A DNA stretch of 62,881 nt, counting the filler, from Craspedostauros australis (lineage: Eukaryota): the NCBI GenBank assembly GCA_030167865.1. It is 6 parts of 6 records of this genome, joined end to end, with 100 filler letters (N's around TTAATTAATTAA, not from the genome) between each part and the next. Parts side by side here need not be neighbours in the genome. Positions count along the whole stretch, not along the records: positions 1 to 28,775 come from JALAGF010004285.1; positions 28,876 to 38,712 come from JALAGF010004289.1; 4 more parts are not named here. One strand, 5' to 3'. Below, piece after piece: positions 23,447 through 36,900 of the stretch. How positions within the stretch are numbered: position 1 is the stretch's first letter; each line of letters begins with the position of its first letter. A model generated the notes under the pieces. It ran no database searches and was not told the DNA's origin. It saw only the letters and a program-made list of their open reading frames with translations. The position numbers and the translations under genes are program-made.

Positions 23447-26400
23447 TCATGCAGCGGGATCGGGCGAGCGGTAGAAGCGGAAACCTCTACCGGAATTGAC
23501 GGTCATCCATTTACGCAGGGGGCCGGCGGCGATGGGGACGTGCAGGAGCCGTGAGGCCTGCTCCATCCACAACGCAACGCTGGCTGCGTCGGCGTCTCTC
23601 CCGGGATAAGATTGCTGGGTTCGTCGATGCGTGGGATTGGCGTTGTGAAGCATGCCGGCCAGGTCGCTAGACCTGTCTCGCATGGCTTCCATCATCTCCT
23701 GCTCCGCAGACTTGTCGTTGTTGAACATGTCATGGTTGCGGAGACGCCATTGTTCCCATGCAATGCGCCAAATGCGCCGGACCAGCTCAGCCCCCCACGC
23801 TAGGGGCGATCGCCGTGATCCTTGACTCTCCAGATGTGCTTCCTGCAGCTCTATCCACTTTGACCCGATCAACCCGCGCGCGAGCGATTTGCTACCAATT
23901 GCACGCTGTTGTTCAATCGCTTCTTTCATCTTACCGTGAGTGTTGGAGGGTTGGAGGTGTACGGTGCTGGCAAATTGGCTGGTCAGCATGGCCACAATTT
24001 CTTTTGCTGCTTGTGGACTTGTCGGGTATTTCATCATCCATATCCGAATGCCTGTGATCTGTTTGGCCGTTGCTGCCGCTCGGTGTTCAGCCGGACACTC
24101 CCACACGTGCGAGAACGTCTCTTCGGCGTTGCAACTCGGGCACTGACTGGACTGCCGGTGACCCCATTGTTTCATTCTGCGTCCCACTGCCGCTTCCCCC
24201 GTCACCAATTTGAATGTTAGGGTGGCTTTTGGGTGGTCCAGGCTTCGAACGGCCTTGCCGACTGCATTCCAGCTGACGCCTGTCGCGCTCTTCATTACCT
24301 TTCTCTGTCGCATCACTTCAAAGACTCCGTCGGTCAGACCTTCCTCTGCTATGTGCGCGTAGCGCACAGAGGTTATCTTCATACACCTGCGAAGGTGTAC
24401 TTCCTCGCCTTCAATGATGCCGTCGTAGGGTAAGAATTCTCCAGCGGTTCGCCGTTGTGCGCCGGCGAGCTTGTCGGCTTCCACGTTCATCTTCGCCCAG
24501 TCATCAAGTTCCTGCCACAGTTTTCCGTCGTCCTGATGCCCTTTTACATGCCGACCTGTGACTCTCACCGGGAGCTGCTTCATCTTGTTGCGCGTCGCCC
24601 TCATGAGGTCCGCATCTGTGGATCGAGGTGATAGGTGCCAATCTTCGTCTAGCGCCTTGAGCGCTCCTGTGCTGTCGCACCCGATTGTGACGTGCCCGGA
24701 TTCCACTCCCTGCGAGACACAGATACTGTGGATTGTCACCATGAGGCTGTACAGACCGGACAGTTCGGCTCGATGTGATTGCATTGTGTCGCTGCTTCGG
24801 GGCGTCAGGCATGTCACCCATAGCTTGGTTGTTTTGCCGTGATGACTGCCTGTGATTACTGCGCCCGCTGCTCCTTTGTCATTCGCCACCGACCCGTCGC
24901 TGCAGGCCACCATTGTGCCGGCGCGTAGAGCTTCGCCCAGGATCTCTGCTTCGCCCAAGATTTCCCACCTTTCGATCGCCCAGGCGGAGGCCTTGGGAAG
25001 CTGCTGGATCACTTCGTGGATTGTTGCGGCTCGCGATCTGGACGCCGGGTGTATGCCCTGCGAGCATCCCGATATCACCATGTTGTTTCCATTGAAGTAC
25101 CCATCCACTGGGTCCGTTCCTGCTGTCGTCGTCCCTGTTATTTCGGCGTACTCCTTTCGTCGTCCTCGTCTGGGGATCCGTCTGTAGTATACATCGGTGC
25201 GTTGTGGGCTTGTCACTCTGTCTGTGCTAGGATCTCTCATATACTGGGGGACCTGCGACGTGTATCCTCGCCATCGGCCGAGCGGCGGGACGATCGGTCG
25301 CGTGGGCCCTCGGGATGCCGGGAAGCAGCGGCTGATGGCTTGTTCCCACGCTTTCCATTGTCTGGTGGTCGGCTCTCCGACTGGGGGCCATTGTATCCGG
25401 CTGCGACGGAACGGTGCTGGCCCTGGAGAGATAGAGGTTGGCAGTATGGCGTCGCCTTCCACGTTCGCTATGTCCGATACCCAGAGCACTTGCTTTGCTA
25501 TCCTGCAGTGGTTGACCATTTGCAATGTTGCTTGAGGCAGGCCGAGTGGCAGTATATGCTCCATGATGAAGGTGTCACCCTCCCTTGGTGTGGCCAGATT
25601 CGAGTGCTCGAAATGCATTGTCAGGCCCAGGTCGTTGAGTTCCGCCCAGACTGACCGCATCCAAGACTCGCTGATGACGCCTTTCCATTGGTCCTGCGGC
25701 CTGGTAAAGACTTGGTCCATTCCTGCCTGTAGTTCTAGGATGCTCATTGCGTTTCGCATCAGTTTGCCCGTGATCGTGTCGCCCTTCCAATGTTTGATGA
25801 TTTCTTCAATGTGTCGTGTGGCTTGAGTGTAGTAGATGTGCGGAATGCCGAGTCCCAGATGTTGTCGCGGTCCGAACGCCAGTGCGCGGGAGACGTTTCT
25901 TTGCACTCCCATGGCCGGCAACGCTGCTTGGAGCATCGGTCGCATGATATTGCCAGCTGCCGTCTTGGTGAAAGTAGCACTGGCCAGCGGGTATTCCAGG
26001 GTCTTCATGATAGTGGCGTGTAGCGCCACCTTGGCTTGCCCTCGGAGCAGCCCTCCCCTTCTTACAGCATCTGCCCATTTGCGAGCCTTCTGGGTGTACA
26101 TGTGCTCGTTGTCTTCTTGAACCCCGTCGTGACGCACCATCACTCCCAACGCTTTGCGCGCTTGCTTGACTGAGAGGCGTTGTAACTCTGACCTTTCTTC
26201 ACTGTCTGGTTGCCTGATGCTGATGTTGCCAGGGACTTCGGTGTCCTGCTTGTATTCCCATGCTTTGCCATTCCACTTGAACGCTAGCAGGTACCAGTAA
26301 CTCTTTCGCGGCTCCAGTGCTCCTCCAGTTGCTCGGAGCACTCCTTCCCACGTGTCGACCACTTGTTGCACCTCCTGTATGCATCTTGCTGAGTCTGTTG

Positions 26401-28775
26401 CATCGGCTTGGATGGTGTGGATTATATCGGTATCGTCGACGAATGAGAAGCATACCAATTGAGTTGATTCGCTGGTGACTGGGTGCTGTGATGAGAATCC
26501 GTATCCCCGATCTGCCATGATCTTCATGAGCGGTGAACTCATCGCCACCCACCCGGCCGGCGAGACCCCAAGGCCTTGAAGAAGCCCTTGTAGTTTGGGC
26601 GGCTTCTTGGGGTATGTGGCGCGAGACAGGCCGTATCCTGTGAGCACGTGATGTTGCATTGTTTCCACCGCTGCGACAACACTTGAGCTGACGACTGTTG
26701 GCACTCCGATGCTGCTCATGCTCAGTTGCAGAGGCACGTGCGCCATACGGTCATAGCAGCTCTTCGCGTCGTTCGAGCAAACGAAACTCGTGCGTCCCGT
26801 GCTTCGGATGATGTCGCCTGTCAGTCGGTTGTTCAAGCTGACTTCGGCCGCGCTTCTGCACTTCCGGCTGCCGTATTGCTCTTCTGGCAGAAGCCCATTC
26901 ACTTCGGCGTGGTCCATCATCTCCTTGCCAATCTTCTTCAGATTCATGTTGAAATCTCCTTCGACTAGGCTGATGGTACGGAAGCGTTCGACCCTGTAGT
27001 TGCCTTCCTCTTTGAGTAGAGTGATATCAGAGCATCGCAGCCATCGAACCAGGTTGTACCCCGATCGTAGAGATATCTCGCGCATGGCGGCATCGGTTGC
27101 TGCTGCTTCCTCGATTTTGGCGTTTGCTTTCCACATTCCGAAATGCAAGCCAGAGGGACCTGACGCCGTGCGTTCTCGGGCTTTGGCCCAGGCTCGTTGA
27201 TGTTCCTCTATCGGTATCTCCATGCGACGTGCGTCCCACTGCGTCAATTGGCTTGTGTTTTGCAGCTGCGCGAGAAGGTCTTGGGAGTATTGGTCCATGG
27301 ATGGACCGTGTTGTCGTGTCGCCATTTCGATGCCTCCGTGCTTCACACTTCGCTCGAACACTTCGCTTTGCAGCGGTGTTGCGTATGCTTGCCTGTACTT
27401 GAGCTCGTTGGCCTTCATGCAGTGGGCAATAACTTCGCGTTCTTTGCTGAATGTTCTTTCTTCGCCATGCTCGTCTTTGGCGATGACCGTGGTTACCTTG
27501 CTGTTGCTGGCTCCGCCTTGTAGCGTCCGCTTGATTGACCGGAATGTTTCTGCTGTCTCTTCTCGGGCGATGATCGCGGCAAGTGCTGTGCTGGCGGATG
27601 TGTTGCCAGCTTCTGCCATTTCATCGGCGCGTTGCTCAAGGAAGGTCCTCCTGTGTGCAAGAGCGCTCCGTTTCACGAGCTTCCACTTCTCGTGGGCCAG
27701 CTTCCGTTGCTGCTGGATGTCGTCTGCGGTGAGGTGCGATGTTGGCTGTCGTATGCCGGCTTGCTGTTTGGCCCGGTCGTACCACCTCGCACTCACCCTC
27801 TTTCCCTGTCGTCGCCTCCATGCGATTTCCCAGAACTTCTTCTCCATTGCCGCTTTTTTGGCAGCTGGTGAGTATGGTACTCGTCCCGCGAATATTCGTC
27901 TGGATCCTCGTTCTGCTTGGAGCATGATCTCCTTTCTGTCTTTGTCGATGTCTTCTGTCTCCTGGATGAGCGTCTCAGTCATGACCCCGTCATCCTTGAG
28001 CATAGCCAGTACGTTTTCGGACCGGTGCCGCAGGTCCGCTTTGGAATATCCAGCCTTGACTGCTTGTTGGTATCGTTTCATTGTAGCTGGTTTGTTCGTT
28101 TGCAGACGTCTTCCTTCGAATTTCTTGGTCGGTCGGCTTCTCACTCCGAAGATGGCTTCACCGGAGATCTCGATCCATGCTGTACGGTGGTCCCAGCTTC
28201 CGTAGTCGCTGTATCCTGCCCTCTGTACCCCCACCGATTCTGAGACCCATATGCCATCTATCACTCTTGCTGTTTCTGCTCTGACTTGCGTTGCTACCGG
28301 TGCTTGTTGGGGATGCTTGCTGAGTATGGCTTCCTTCATGCCTTGTCGCTCGAGCATTGTTGCCATTTGTGAGTGTGCAACCTGCATGTTGATGTCCCCG
28401 CCCAGTATGATCGTTTCGCCTTGTGTGTGCCATTGCTGTATTTCTGCTTCCAGGTCGTCGATGAGGGTGGCTATTGGTGGGGCGGTGATTCCCTGCAGCT
28501 CTAACCAGGCTGATTGCTGGTTTGCAACCGTGCGAGGTCCTTTCCCTGATGTGGTTGGAACGTACACGCTTACAATTCTCACAATAGCGTCGTCTTTGCC
28601 GCGGAGCACCATGCTTGACCATCGTCCTAGCTGCCTTGGATCCTCTGCTGATCCCCTGTGTCGCCCAGCTGTTTCGTTGATAATCAGGCAGCCCGTGCCT
28701 CCCCATTGTCGTACGGGTCCCATCTTCTCTTGTTTGTTGTACGCCATCGTTTGGCGCCATGAGCTGTATTGGCCT
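23447..28775 (-). CDS. LINE ORF2 polyprotein: AP endonuclease, reverse transcriptase, RNase H, CCHC zinc finger (5'-partial)
   Basis: APE: IVSVYVP, ILGGDIN, IDGIWVS, WDHR. RT: QYGSR, SNDAKSCYDR, GLLQG, FVDDTD. RNase H: CSDGS, RAELSG, GCDSTGAL, HVKGHQD, NVEADKLA. Zn finger: CPSC...HVWEC. No internal stops over more than 1766 aa. Confidence 0.93.
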
Positions 28776-28875
28776 NNNNNNNNNNNNNNNNNNNNNNNNN
28801 NNNNNNNNNNNNNNNNNNNTTAATTAATTAANNNNNNNNNNNNNNNNNNNNNNNNNNNNNNNNNNNNNNNNNNNN
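28776..28875. other. Artificial 100-nt scaffold gap linker (N-TTAATTAATTAA-N)
   Basis: The same linker, with stops in all six frames, occurs five times. Confidence 0.97.
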
Positions 28876-31800
28876 GTTAACAGCAACATCCATCACTTCA
28901 CCGTCATGTCACGACAAGTCGGAAGCCTCATCCTCGAGATCTTCCTCGATGGAGAACAGATACCAGAAAGCCCGCTCCGCATCCAGATCATCGAGCGAGA
29001 CTGCTCTGTTGACTACAGCGACATACGACAACCCGATGCCGATGGTGTTTGCGTCTGCAACGACGACGCAGTCGATCTCTTCGGCACATGCGTGCTACTC
29101 TCGATCCTCATCCCATCCATCCTGGTCCCCATGTTCCTTCTCTTCCTCATCGTGGTGATGTGGTACGTCGAGAAGAAGCGTCAAGAAGCCGACTCTGTGT
29201 GGGCCGTCAAGCCAGAGGAGCTGTTGTTCACCGATCCTCCTCAGGTCATTGGTCAGGGCACGTTCGGCTTCGTCCTTCTGGCGGAGTACCGAGGTACGCA
29301 GGTGGCAGTGAAGAGAGTGCTGGCACCACACAGCGAAGATCTGGTGCGTGCATCGTTTGGTGTCGATCATGATGGGAATGGTTCTGGCAGTCACACCAAC
29401 GGTAATGGCAACGGCAATGCGCAGGAAGGTGGAACAGACTCATCTGACGAGGTGGAGCCGATTGGATCGAGTGCAGGCATGATGAACGGAGCAGCATCGG
29501 CATCGGCACCGGCACCAACAACCCTCAAGGCCAAGACTCTCAAATCGGGCATGTTCCATTCCGCATCTGGCATGTCGAGCAATGTCATGGTCGACATCAC
29601 ATCCACAAGCACAACGCACACCAACAGCAATATCAGGAGCAGCGTTGGTGATATCCATGACCATCGATCCAGCTCGGCGGGCGATGGTTCTTTGCATCGT
29701 CCCTTCAATACAGCGCTCACCACTGCCACATCATCCACGATCAATGAGCGAGACATCGAGACAGACAGCGACTGCGATCTACCCCTCGACCTGCAGCTCG
29801 ACAGAGATCTGGAGGCCAGTCACATTGAGAGCATTCGTCCCAAGAACAGATCCAGTGGCATGGCCTCCGGAATGGCATCAGCCACAGCATCAGCCACTGT
29901 GTCAGGGATGGGATCAAGTATGGGATCAGCTGTAGCATCAGGGATGGAGTCAGGCATGGCTTCGACTTCGCGCCGATCCACTAGATCGACCAGAACGCCC
30001 GCAGCCAAGACTTCCGCCGCCAGCATGCCACGCAAGCTATCCGCGACATTCTCAGGCAACATCGCAGGATCGAGATCTGGTTCTGGTTCTAGATCTGGAT
30101 CTACTCGTGTCATCAACGGCAAGAGATCTGGAATGCGCACATTCGATGGACGGAACAACGTCATGCTCTCGGGACGCGCATCCGGTCTCGACTCGAGGCT
30201 TGTTGTCGTGCAGCGTGGATCCAATAGCAACAACAACAGCAACAGCAACAGTGGAAGCAAGTACAAATACAACCTCAAGAGCAACAGTGGTAGCGGCAGT
30301 GGCAGCAACGCCGGCATCGGAAGGAGCATCAGCAACAGCTTCAGCTTTCTCTCACAGGGATTCCTCAACATCTTCCGTCGCAACAACCACGATGGATCAT
30401 CCAGCTCGTACAGCAGACAGAAGGACGAGTTCGTACAAGAGATGAGACTCCTATCCAAGCTCAGACATCCATGCATCACCACCGTCATGGGTGCTGTCAT
30501 CGCCAAAGGACAAGAACCGACTCTCGTCATGGAGTACATGAGCCACGGATCATTGTACGACCTCCTCCACAACGAGACCATGCTGATGGATGGTGAGCTC
30601 ATCCTCAACTTCCTGCGCGACATCGCATCAGGCGTGCGCTTCCTGCACTCCGCCGATCCGCAGGTCATCCACGGCGATCTCAAGTCAGCCAACGTGCTGG
30701 TGGACAGCAAGTTCCGAGCCAAGGTGGCAGACTTCGGCTTCTCCCATCGCAAGAAGAAGGGTGCGATGGGAACACCGTTCTTCATGGCACCCGAGCTGCT
30801 GAGGGGAGAGACATCCAACACCGCAGCATCCGACATGTACTCGCTGGGCATCATCCTGTACGAGCTGTACAGTCGGCGAGATCCGTACGAAGGAGAGAAT
30901 GCGCTCGACGTCCTCCAACAGGTGTGCGACATCAAGATCAACCGTCGACCACCAGTGCCTCCGGCGTGTCCACCGAAGGTATCGAAGCTGATGAAGTTCT
31001 TGATGGTGGCGGATCCTTCGTTGCGTCCCACAGCAGGCGAGTTTGACAACCGTCTGAAGGAGCTGACTGTCGAGAAGGTGGCACCGACGTACGTTGGAGG
31101 CCTTGCCACGGCCGGCATGGGCATCGGTGGAAATGTCGGCATGGGCAGCCTCGGCATGGGAAGCATGGGGAGTATGGGTTTGGGTATGAGAAGCGGAGGA
31201 GGTTTGAGACGATCCCTTCAAGGCATGAAGTCCGCACCAGGCTTCGTGGTTCCTGCTGCTGCTGGCACTGTTGGCACTGCTGCTAGCATCGCGGGAACGA
31301 GCAGCATTGGTGCATCATCTCTGCCTCCTCTCACCCACCAGCAACAGCAGCAGCAACAACAAGCTCACGGAATCCACCTCCTCTCGCAGATGTTCCCACC
31401 ACACATCGCCAGAGTGCTTGAGAGAGGTGGACACCCAGAACCAGAATCACACGATGAGGTCACCATCTTCTTCTCTGACATCGTGGGCTTCACGAGCATC
31501 GCCTCTTCCTTCTCTCCCCTGAAGGTATCCGCCATGCTCAACCGTCTGTACCGCGCATTCGACGAGCTGACCCAGAAGCACGATCTGTTCAAGATCGAGA
31601 CCATCGGTGATGCCTACATGTGCGCATCCAACCTGGCCAAGAAGCAGCCCGATGATCACGTCAAGCGCATCGCGAAGTTCGCCATGGAAGCAGTCCAGGC
31701 CGCCAGTCGCATCCCTGTGGACTCGGACGATCTGAGCAAGGGATACATCAAGATCCGAGGTGGCTTCCACACGGGTCCAGTGGTGAGCAGCGTGGTGGGG

Positions 31801-32004
31801 ACGTTGAATCCTCGCTATGGAGTGTTCGGTGACACGGTGAATGTGGCAGCTCGCATGGAGGGAACATCGGAGAAGGGCAGGGTCCAGTGCTCTGAGCGCA
31901 GTGCGTTGTTGCTGATGACGCAGGATCCTCGCATTCCCGTGAGTCTTCGCGGCGAGATCTCGGTCAAGGGTAAAGGTTCGATGACGACGTACTGGGTGAA
32001 ATAA
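28876..32004 (+). CDS. Receptor kinase-cyclase paralogue A (5'-partial): TM, TKL kinase, class III nucleotide cyclase
   Basis: Matches 35639..38712 throughout, then has its own 3' end (GEISVKGKG...WVK, TAA) and a unique downstream flank. Confidence 0.85.
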   Translation, partial: VNSNIHHFTVMSRQVGSLILEIFLDGEQIPESPLRIQIIERDCSVDYSDIRQPDADGVCVCNDDAVDLFGTCVLLSILIPSILVPMFLLFLIVVMWYVEKKRQEADSVWAVKPEELLFTDPPQVIGQGTFGFVLLAEYRGTQVAVKRVLAPHSEDLVRASFGVDHDGNGSGSHTNGNGNGNAQEGGTDSSDEVEPIGSSAGMMNGAASASAPAPTTLKAKTLKSGMFHSASGMSSNVMVDITSTSTTHTNSNIRSSVGDIHDHRSSSAGDGSLHRPFNTALTTATSSTINERDIETDSDCDLPLDLQLDRDLEASHIESIRPKNRSSGMASGMASATASATVSGMGSSMGSAVASGMESGMASTSRRSTRSTRTPAAKTSAASMPRKLSATFSGNIAGSRSGSGSRSGSTRVINGKRSGMRTFDGRNNVMLSGRASGLDSRLVVVQRGSNSNNNSNSNSGSKYKYNLKSNSGSGSGSNAGIGRSISNSFSFLSQGFLNIFRRNNHDGSSSSYSRQKDEFVQEMRLLSKLRHPCITTVMGAVIAKGQEPTLVMEYMSHGSLYDLLHNETMLMDGELILNFLRDIASGVRFLHSADPQVIHGDLKSANVLVDSKFRAKVADFGFSHRKKKGAMGTPFFMAPELLRGETSNTAASDMYSLGIILYELYSRRDPYEGENALDVLQQVCDIKINRRPPVPPACPPKVSKLMKFLMVADPSLRPTAGEFDNRLKELTVEKVAPTYVGGLATAGMGIGGNVGMGSLGMGSMGSMGLGMRSGGGLRRSLQGMKSAPGFVVPAAAGTVGTAASIAGTSSIGASSLPPLTHQQQQQQQQAHGIHLLSQMFPPHIARVLERGGHPEPESHDEVTIFFSDIVGFTSIASSFSPLKVSAMLNRLYRAFDELTQKHDLFKIETIGDAYMCASNLAKKQPDDHVKRIAKFAMEAVQAASRIPVDSDDLSKGYIKIRGGFHTGPVVSSVVGTLNPRYGVFGDTVNVAARMEGTSEKGRVQCSERSALLLMTQDPRIPVSLRGEISVKGKGSMTTYWVK

Positions 32005-33913
32005 GTCCAAACCATGGATCTGAATTCCGAGTCCTGATATTGCACTCGGCCAAGAGACTTCACTGAGTTAATTCTTACTCTAGTCTGAATTCACAGCGTA
32101 TTATCGATGCCTTCGGGCCCACAAGTTGTGTAGGGACTTGATTGAACAGAAGTTTGGGGTGGGATTGCCCCAGCGAATTTTGCAACGAACAAAGAACTCA
32201 AAATTCCAACCAATTTTGACAGTATTGCTGGATTTTGCCTTTTTTGCTCGGTTGGAATGGCCTATCCACACGTTGGCCAGACAAAGTGTCTGTCGCGCAG
32301 TGTTTGTAATAGGCCTATGACGTCTTTTGGTTTGTGATTGTTTGTCTCCCCGTTAGTTGTTGTTTGTTATTCTGTGTCTCCAGGTGAGCATACTTGTGCT
32401 GCGATCTTTCGGAGGGCGGTTGCAGTGCAGTCACCTTCGGCCATCCCGTGGACCAATTCGCTGACTTCGCAACATTCTGTGTCCGCCTGAATTTCCCAAG
32501 AGTGCCTACTTCTCGATGGAGAGCTTGTGGAGTGGACTGCCTTTTGGCGGAGGTACCGTCGGAAGCCGGCATTTGGCAGTGCCTTGCATTGCGGTACTCC
32601 TGCGTGCCTGCTGTAGAGCCATCGTGGTATCGGCGTCGGGGTTGTAGTCGTGGGCAGACATTGGCTGTGTGTTGCTTTTGTGTGGATTCCTGCTTTTGAC
32701 CTGCCGTGGCGATCCCGTCACAGATGAAGCTCTCCCAGAGCAAGGGTCGAGGCAAAGACGTTGAAGTTGTGTGGATTCCTCCGCCTTGGTCTTGTGCAGC
32801 AGAATGGATGGCCTTGGGGGTTCAACGCGTCTTGGACTTCGCTGCTCTTGTGCTCGTTGGTGTGTGGTCTATCTACGAGCCAATTGTACATTCGATCATC
32901 TTGGAGTGCTTTGAGGTCTTTTCTGAGACGCTTCTCGCGAGCTTCTCGCTTGGACACCAAGCATAACAAACGAACAGCGAGGTAGTCCCATGTTCTGATG
33001 CTACACGGAGGTGCGAGGTGACTTCCTTCACTGTGCGGGATAGCAACATTTGTCCAAGAATCAGGAAAGACGAAGGGTTCCAGCCTCCGGAGACGGGTCC
33101 GAGCGTGCGTCAACAAATGAAGGAAGGAACAGAGAGAGAGAGAGAGGGATAGTCGCCGAATCGAGGCATCGCCATGGGCCGATCGCTGCATGGTTCGTCG
33201 TTGCTGATGCGGGATCGCAGAACCGCACAAACACTAACACAAGCAAAATTAGGAGCGCACAACAAAGAAGCAGGCCATCCAACTGATTGGAATTGGACAC
33301 AGCGGATGTCCCAACCAGAATTTCTCCCTCGACGTTTGTCTTGATTAGGCCCAACAGAGAAGCGAAATCACCGCGCGCCTTTTGGGACATGGTTTGCGAT
33401 CGCGTTTGGTGGAGACATCTTGTATCAATGCCATTATGGCCCAAGTTAAATGATGCTCGTCGGCGTGCACCAAACCGATTGGGCGGCTGCAACACAAGAC
33501 ATATGACCGTATTCGCTTTTGGGGAACGTCGCTCAAGCTTCGCTTGACATTTGCCAAAGCTTGGAAAGCTGCGCCTCCCGGGTTCTGTTTTCTTTGGCGG
33601 CAGTACGGTGCGTTAACAGCGGACGCGGAACATTTTCGCTCACCTTCTTCGCAGCACTCAGCGTCTTCTCCGTCCATAAAATGCGTGGATCGTACATCTC
33701 TCCCATAATCATCTCCAACCAAGAGCCAAACAACGCAACAGACTACATACAACAAGGGGAGGGAGACGAAGGCACTCGCCGAGTGGACAATCGTACCACA
33801 CATAATTCGCACGCACCTACTTCCCACACACACCTTACGACTTTCGCAACTTACGAAACTTGCGCTCTCCGCGGCTCTTCATAAGCCACTTTCCCACAAA
33901 GCTGAAGTTGTTG

Positions 33914-36900
33914 ATGACAATGACGCCTCCAAAATCAAGGAACACCATGATGAAAGCAACCGGACATCGAGAGAACCGCCGCATGCTCCGGAATCTCACC
34001 CTCCTGGCAGTGGGATCAACCACCATCTTCACATCCGAACCAATGGGATGGGGTGCGGAAGCCCAAGCCCAAGGCACAGAGGGAGGGCCGTGTGGGCAGC
34101 AATGTAACGTCCTCATTCCATTCGATCCGAGCCAGCACAAGCCCGTCTACAATGTCGCAGTTCTCTCGCCGAACGGTCCTGACGTGGCCTATGGTCGGCA
34201 CAACACCACTTTCGCTGACTACCTCACAGCGACGGCCGGAAGGCGCTTCGATCCTCCCGTCAGCTTCCGCATGATGGATGTGGGCTTCGACTCTGTGTTC
34301 AGCGCCACCGAGAATGGCCTGGCGGACTTCTTCTACACCAACCCAAGCATCTTCACGTGCATCGAAGTCGAGCATGGCGTCAAGCCTCTCGCGTCTCACA
34401 TCTCCAGGCGGGTCATCGGTGACAACGTTTTCGAACTGTCCAGGTTCGGAGGTGTCATCATCGCCAGATCGGATGACACCACCATCAACGAAATCACGGA
34501 TCTGAAGGACAAGGTGGTGGCGGCCGCCGCCATATCGGCCTTCGGCGCTGGACAGATGCAGTTCCGAGAGATGATCAATGCCGGCATGTCCTACATCAAC
34601 GATCCAAGGCAGGTGGTGTTCACGGGAACACAGACGTCCACCGTGCGCGGTGTGTTGAACGGAGACTTCGATGTCGGTTTCATCCGAACGGACCAGATCG
34701 AGAGAACCAAGGATGAGCAGGGCAATCTGATCGACGCAAGTCGCCTCAAGATCGTCGACCCTGTCGTGAACACAATCGGCGGCCAAGTCTTCCCATTCGT
34801 GGCATCCACTCCGCTCTACCCAGAATGGAGCTTTGCGGCGACGGGGGACATGCCGGCGGATATCGCGCAGGAGGTGCAATCAGCTATGTTCAGCATGGCA
34901 GAGCATGCACAGCTGGGTGATGCGATTGAAGCGTGCCTTCAGCAGGCAGAGGCCGATTCGGTCAATGCATCCTTCGCCATCGCAGCGTGCAAGGACCTCA
35001 CCGGGCTTCCAGCATCCGCGTGGACACGATGCGACACCACCTACGACGTCGCCATCGCCGCCAAGCGTGCCATGAATGACGGCGGGTATGCTGGCTTCCA
35101 GACGCCGTATTCGTACTCCGAAGTGAGGAATATGCTGCAAGCCACGCAATTCATGGCGCAGGATTTGAAGCTCAATGATTGGGAATGCGTCAAGCCGTCC
35201 GAACTCTACGACGCCATCCGGTGTCCTGCAGGGTTCTTCGTCAAGTCCAAGGAACAGGTCGACCAAGGATGTCGTGAGATCGAGCAAGAGTGCAAAGATG
35301 GACATCAATGCCTTTGCAGCCCATGCCTCAAGGCATTCGACGTCGACGTGTCCTCCCTCATCCCAACATCGTCATCGCAACAACAAACACCAACGCTGCC
35401 ACTCCCGGCCACATCGGCTGGATGCCCGAAGATGTCCGTCTGTGGAACATCGCAGCAAACCATACCCATCACGCTGCAAGCCATCGACAACAAGAACAGA
35501 ACCGACGCCATCGTCACCGTCACTGTGCATGAAGGACAATCCACACGACAGGCCACCGTCACCAAGATCCCGCTCGATACCATCATCAGCAATGATGTCA
35601 TCACAGACACAGGCAGCAACGTTGCGATTGGCAGCGTCGTTAACAGCAACATCCATCACTTCACCGTCATGTCACGACAAGTCGGAAGCCTCATCCTCGA
35701 GATCTTCCTCGATGGAGAACAGATACCAGAAAGCCCGCTCCGCATCCAGATCATCGAGCGAGACTGCTCTGTTGACTACAGCGACATACGACAACCCGAT
35801 GCCGATGGTGTTTGCGTCTGCAACGACGACGCAGTCGATCTCTTCGGCACATGCGTGCTACTCTCGATCCTCATCCCATCCATCCTGGTCCCCATGTTCC
35901 TTCTCTTCCTCATCGTGGTGATGTGGTACGTCGAGAAGAAGCGTCAAGAAGCCGACTCTGTGTGGGCCGTCAAGCCAGAGGAGCTGTTGTTCACCGATCC
36001 TCCTCAGGTCATTGGTCAGGGCACGTTCGGCTTCGTCCTTCTGGCGGAGTACCGAGGTACGCAGGTGGCAGTGAAGAGAGTGCTGGCACCACACAGCGAA
36101 GATCTGGTGCGTGCATCGTTTGGTGTCGATCATGATGGGAATGGTTCTGGCAGTCACACCAACGGTAATGGCAACGGCAATGCGCAGGAAGGTGGAACAG
36201 ACTCATCTGACGAGGTGGAGCCGATTGGATCGAGTGCAGGCATGATGAACGGAGCAGCATCGGCATCGGCACCGGCACCAACAACCCTCAAGGCCAAGAC
36301 TCTCAAATCGGGCATGTTCCATTCCGCATCTGGCATGTCGAGCAATGTCATGGTCGACATCACATCCACAAGCACAACGCACACCAACAGCAATATCAGG
36401 AGCAGCGTTGGTGATATCCATGACCATCGATCCAGCTCGGCGGGCGATGGTTCTTTGCATCGTCCCTTCAATACAGCGCTCACCACTGCCACATCATCCA
36501 CGATCAATGAGCGAGACATCGAGACAGACAGCGACTGCGATCTACCCCTCGACCTGCAGCTCGACAGAGATCTGGAGGCCAGTCACATTGAGAGCATTCG
36601 TCCCAAGAACAGATCCAGTGGCATGGCCTCCGGAATGGCATCAGCCACAGCATCAGCCACTGTGTCAGGGATGGGATCAAGTATGGGATCAGCTGTAGCA
36701 TCAGGGATGGAGTCAGGCATGGCTTCGACTTCGCGCCGATCCACTAGATCGACCAGAACGCCCGCAGCCAAGACTTCCGCCGCCAGCATGCCACGCAAGC
36801 TATCCGCGACATTCTCAGGCAACATCGCAGGATCGAGATCTGGTTCTGGTTCTAGATCTGGATCTACTCGTGTCATCAACGGCAAGAGATCTGGAATGCG

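Larger units (their letters stand above)
23289..28775 (-). mobile_element. Non-LTR retrotransposon (LINE) with APE, RT and RNase H; Ambal/L1-like; 5' part lost in an assembly gap
   Basis: ORF2 domain order, a 3'UTR of about 140 nt and a (TTTA)n tail at 23289..23307; the frame stays open up to the N-gap at 28776. Confidence 0.9.

Noticed and set aside
28820..28831. TTAATTAATTAA palindrome recurring five times inside N runs
   Set aside because: Artificial scaffolding linker with stops in all frames; not biological and not a CRISPR or regulatory repeat.
29820..31166. 448-aa minus-strand ORF, repeated at 36583..37929 and 39757..41103
   Set aside because: Antisense shadow of the kinase-cyclase CDS.
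32315..33230. Minus-strand ORFs between the receptor copies, with a faint RDxxGR (CRAL-TRIO-like) resemblance
   Set aside because: Too short and interrupted to support; needs a translated homology search.
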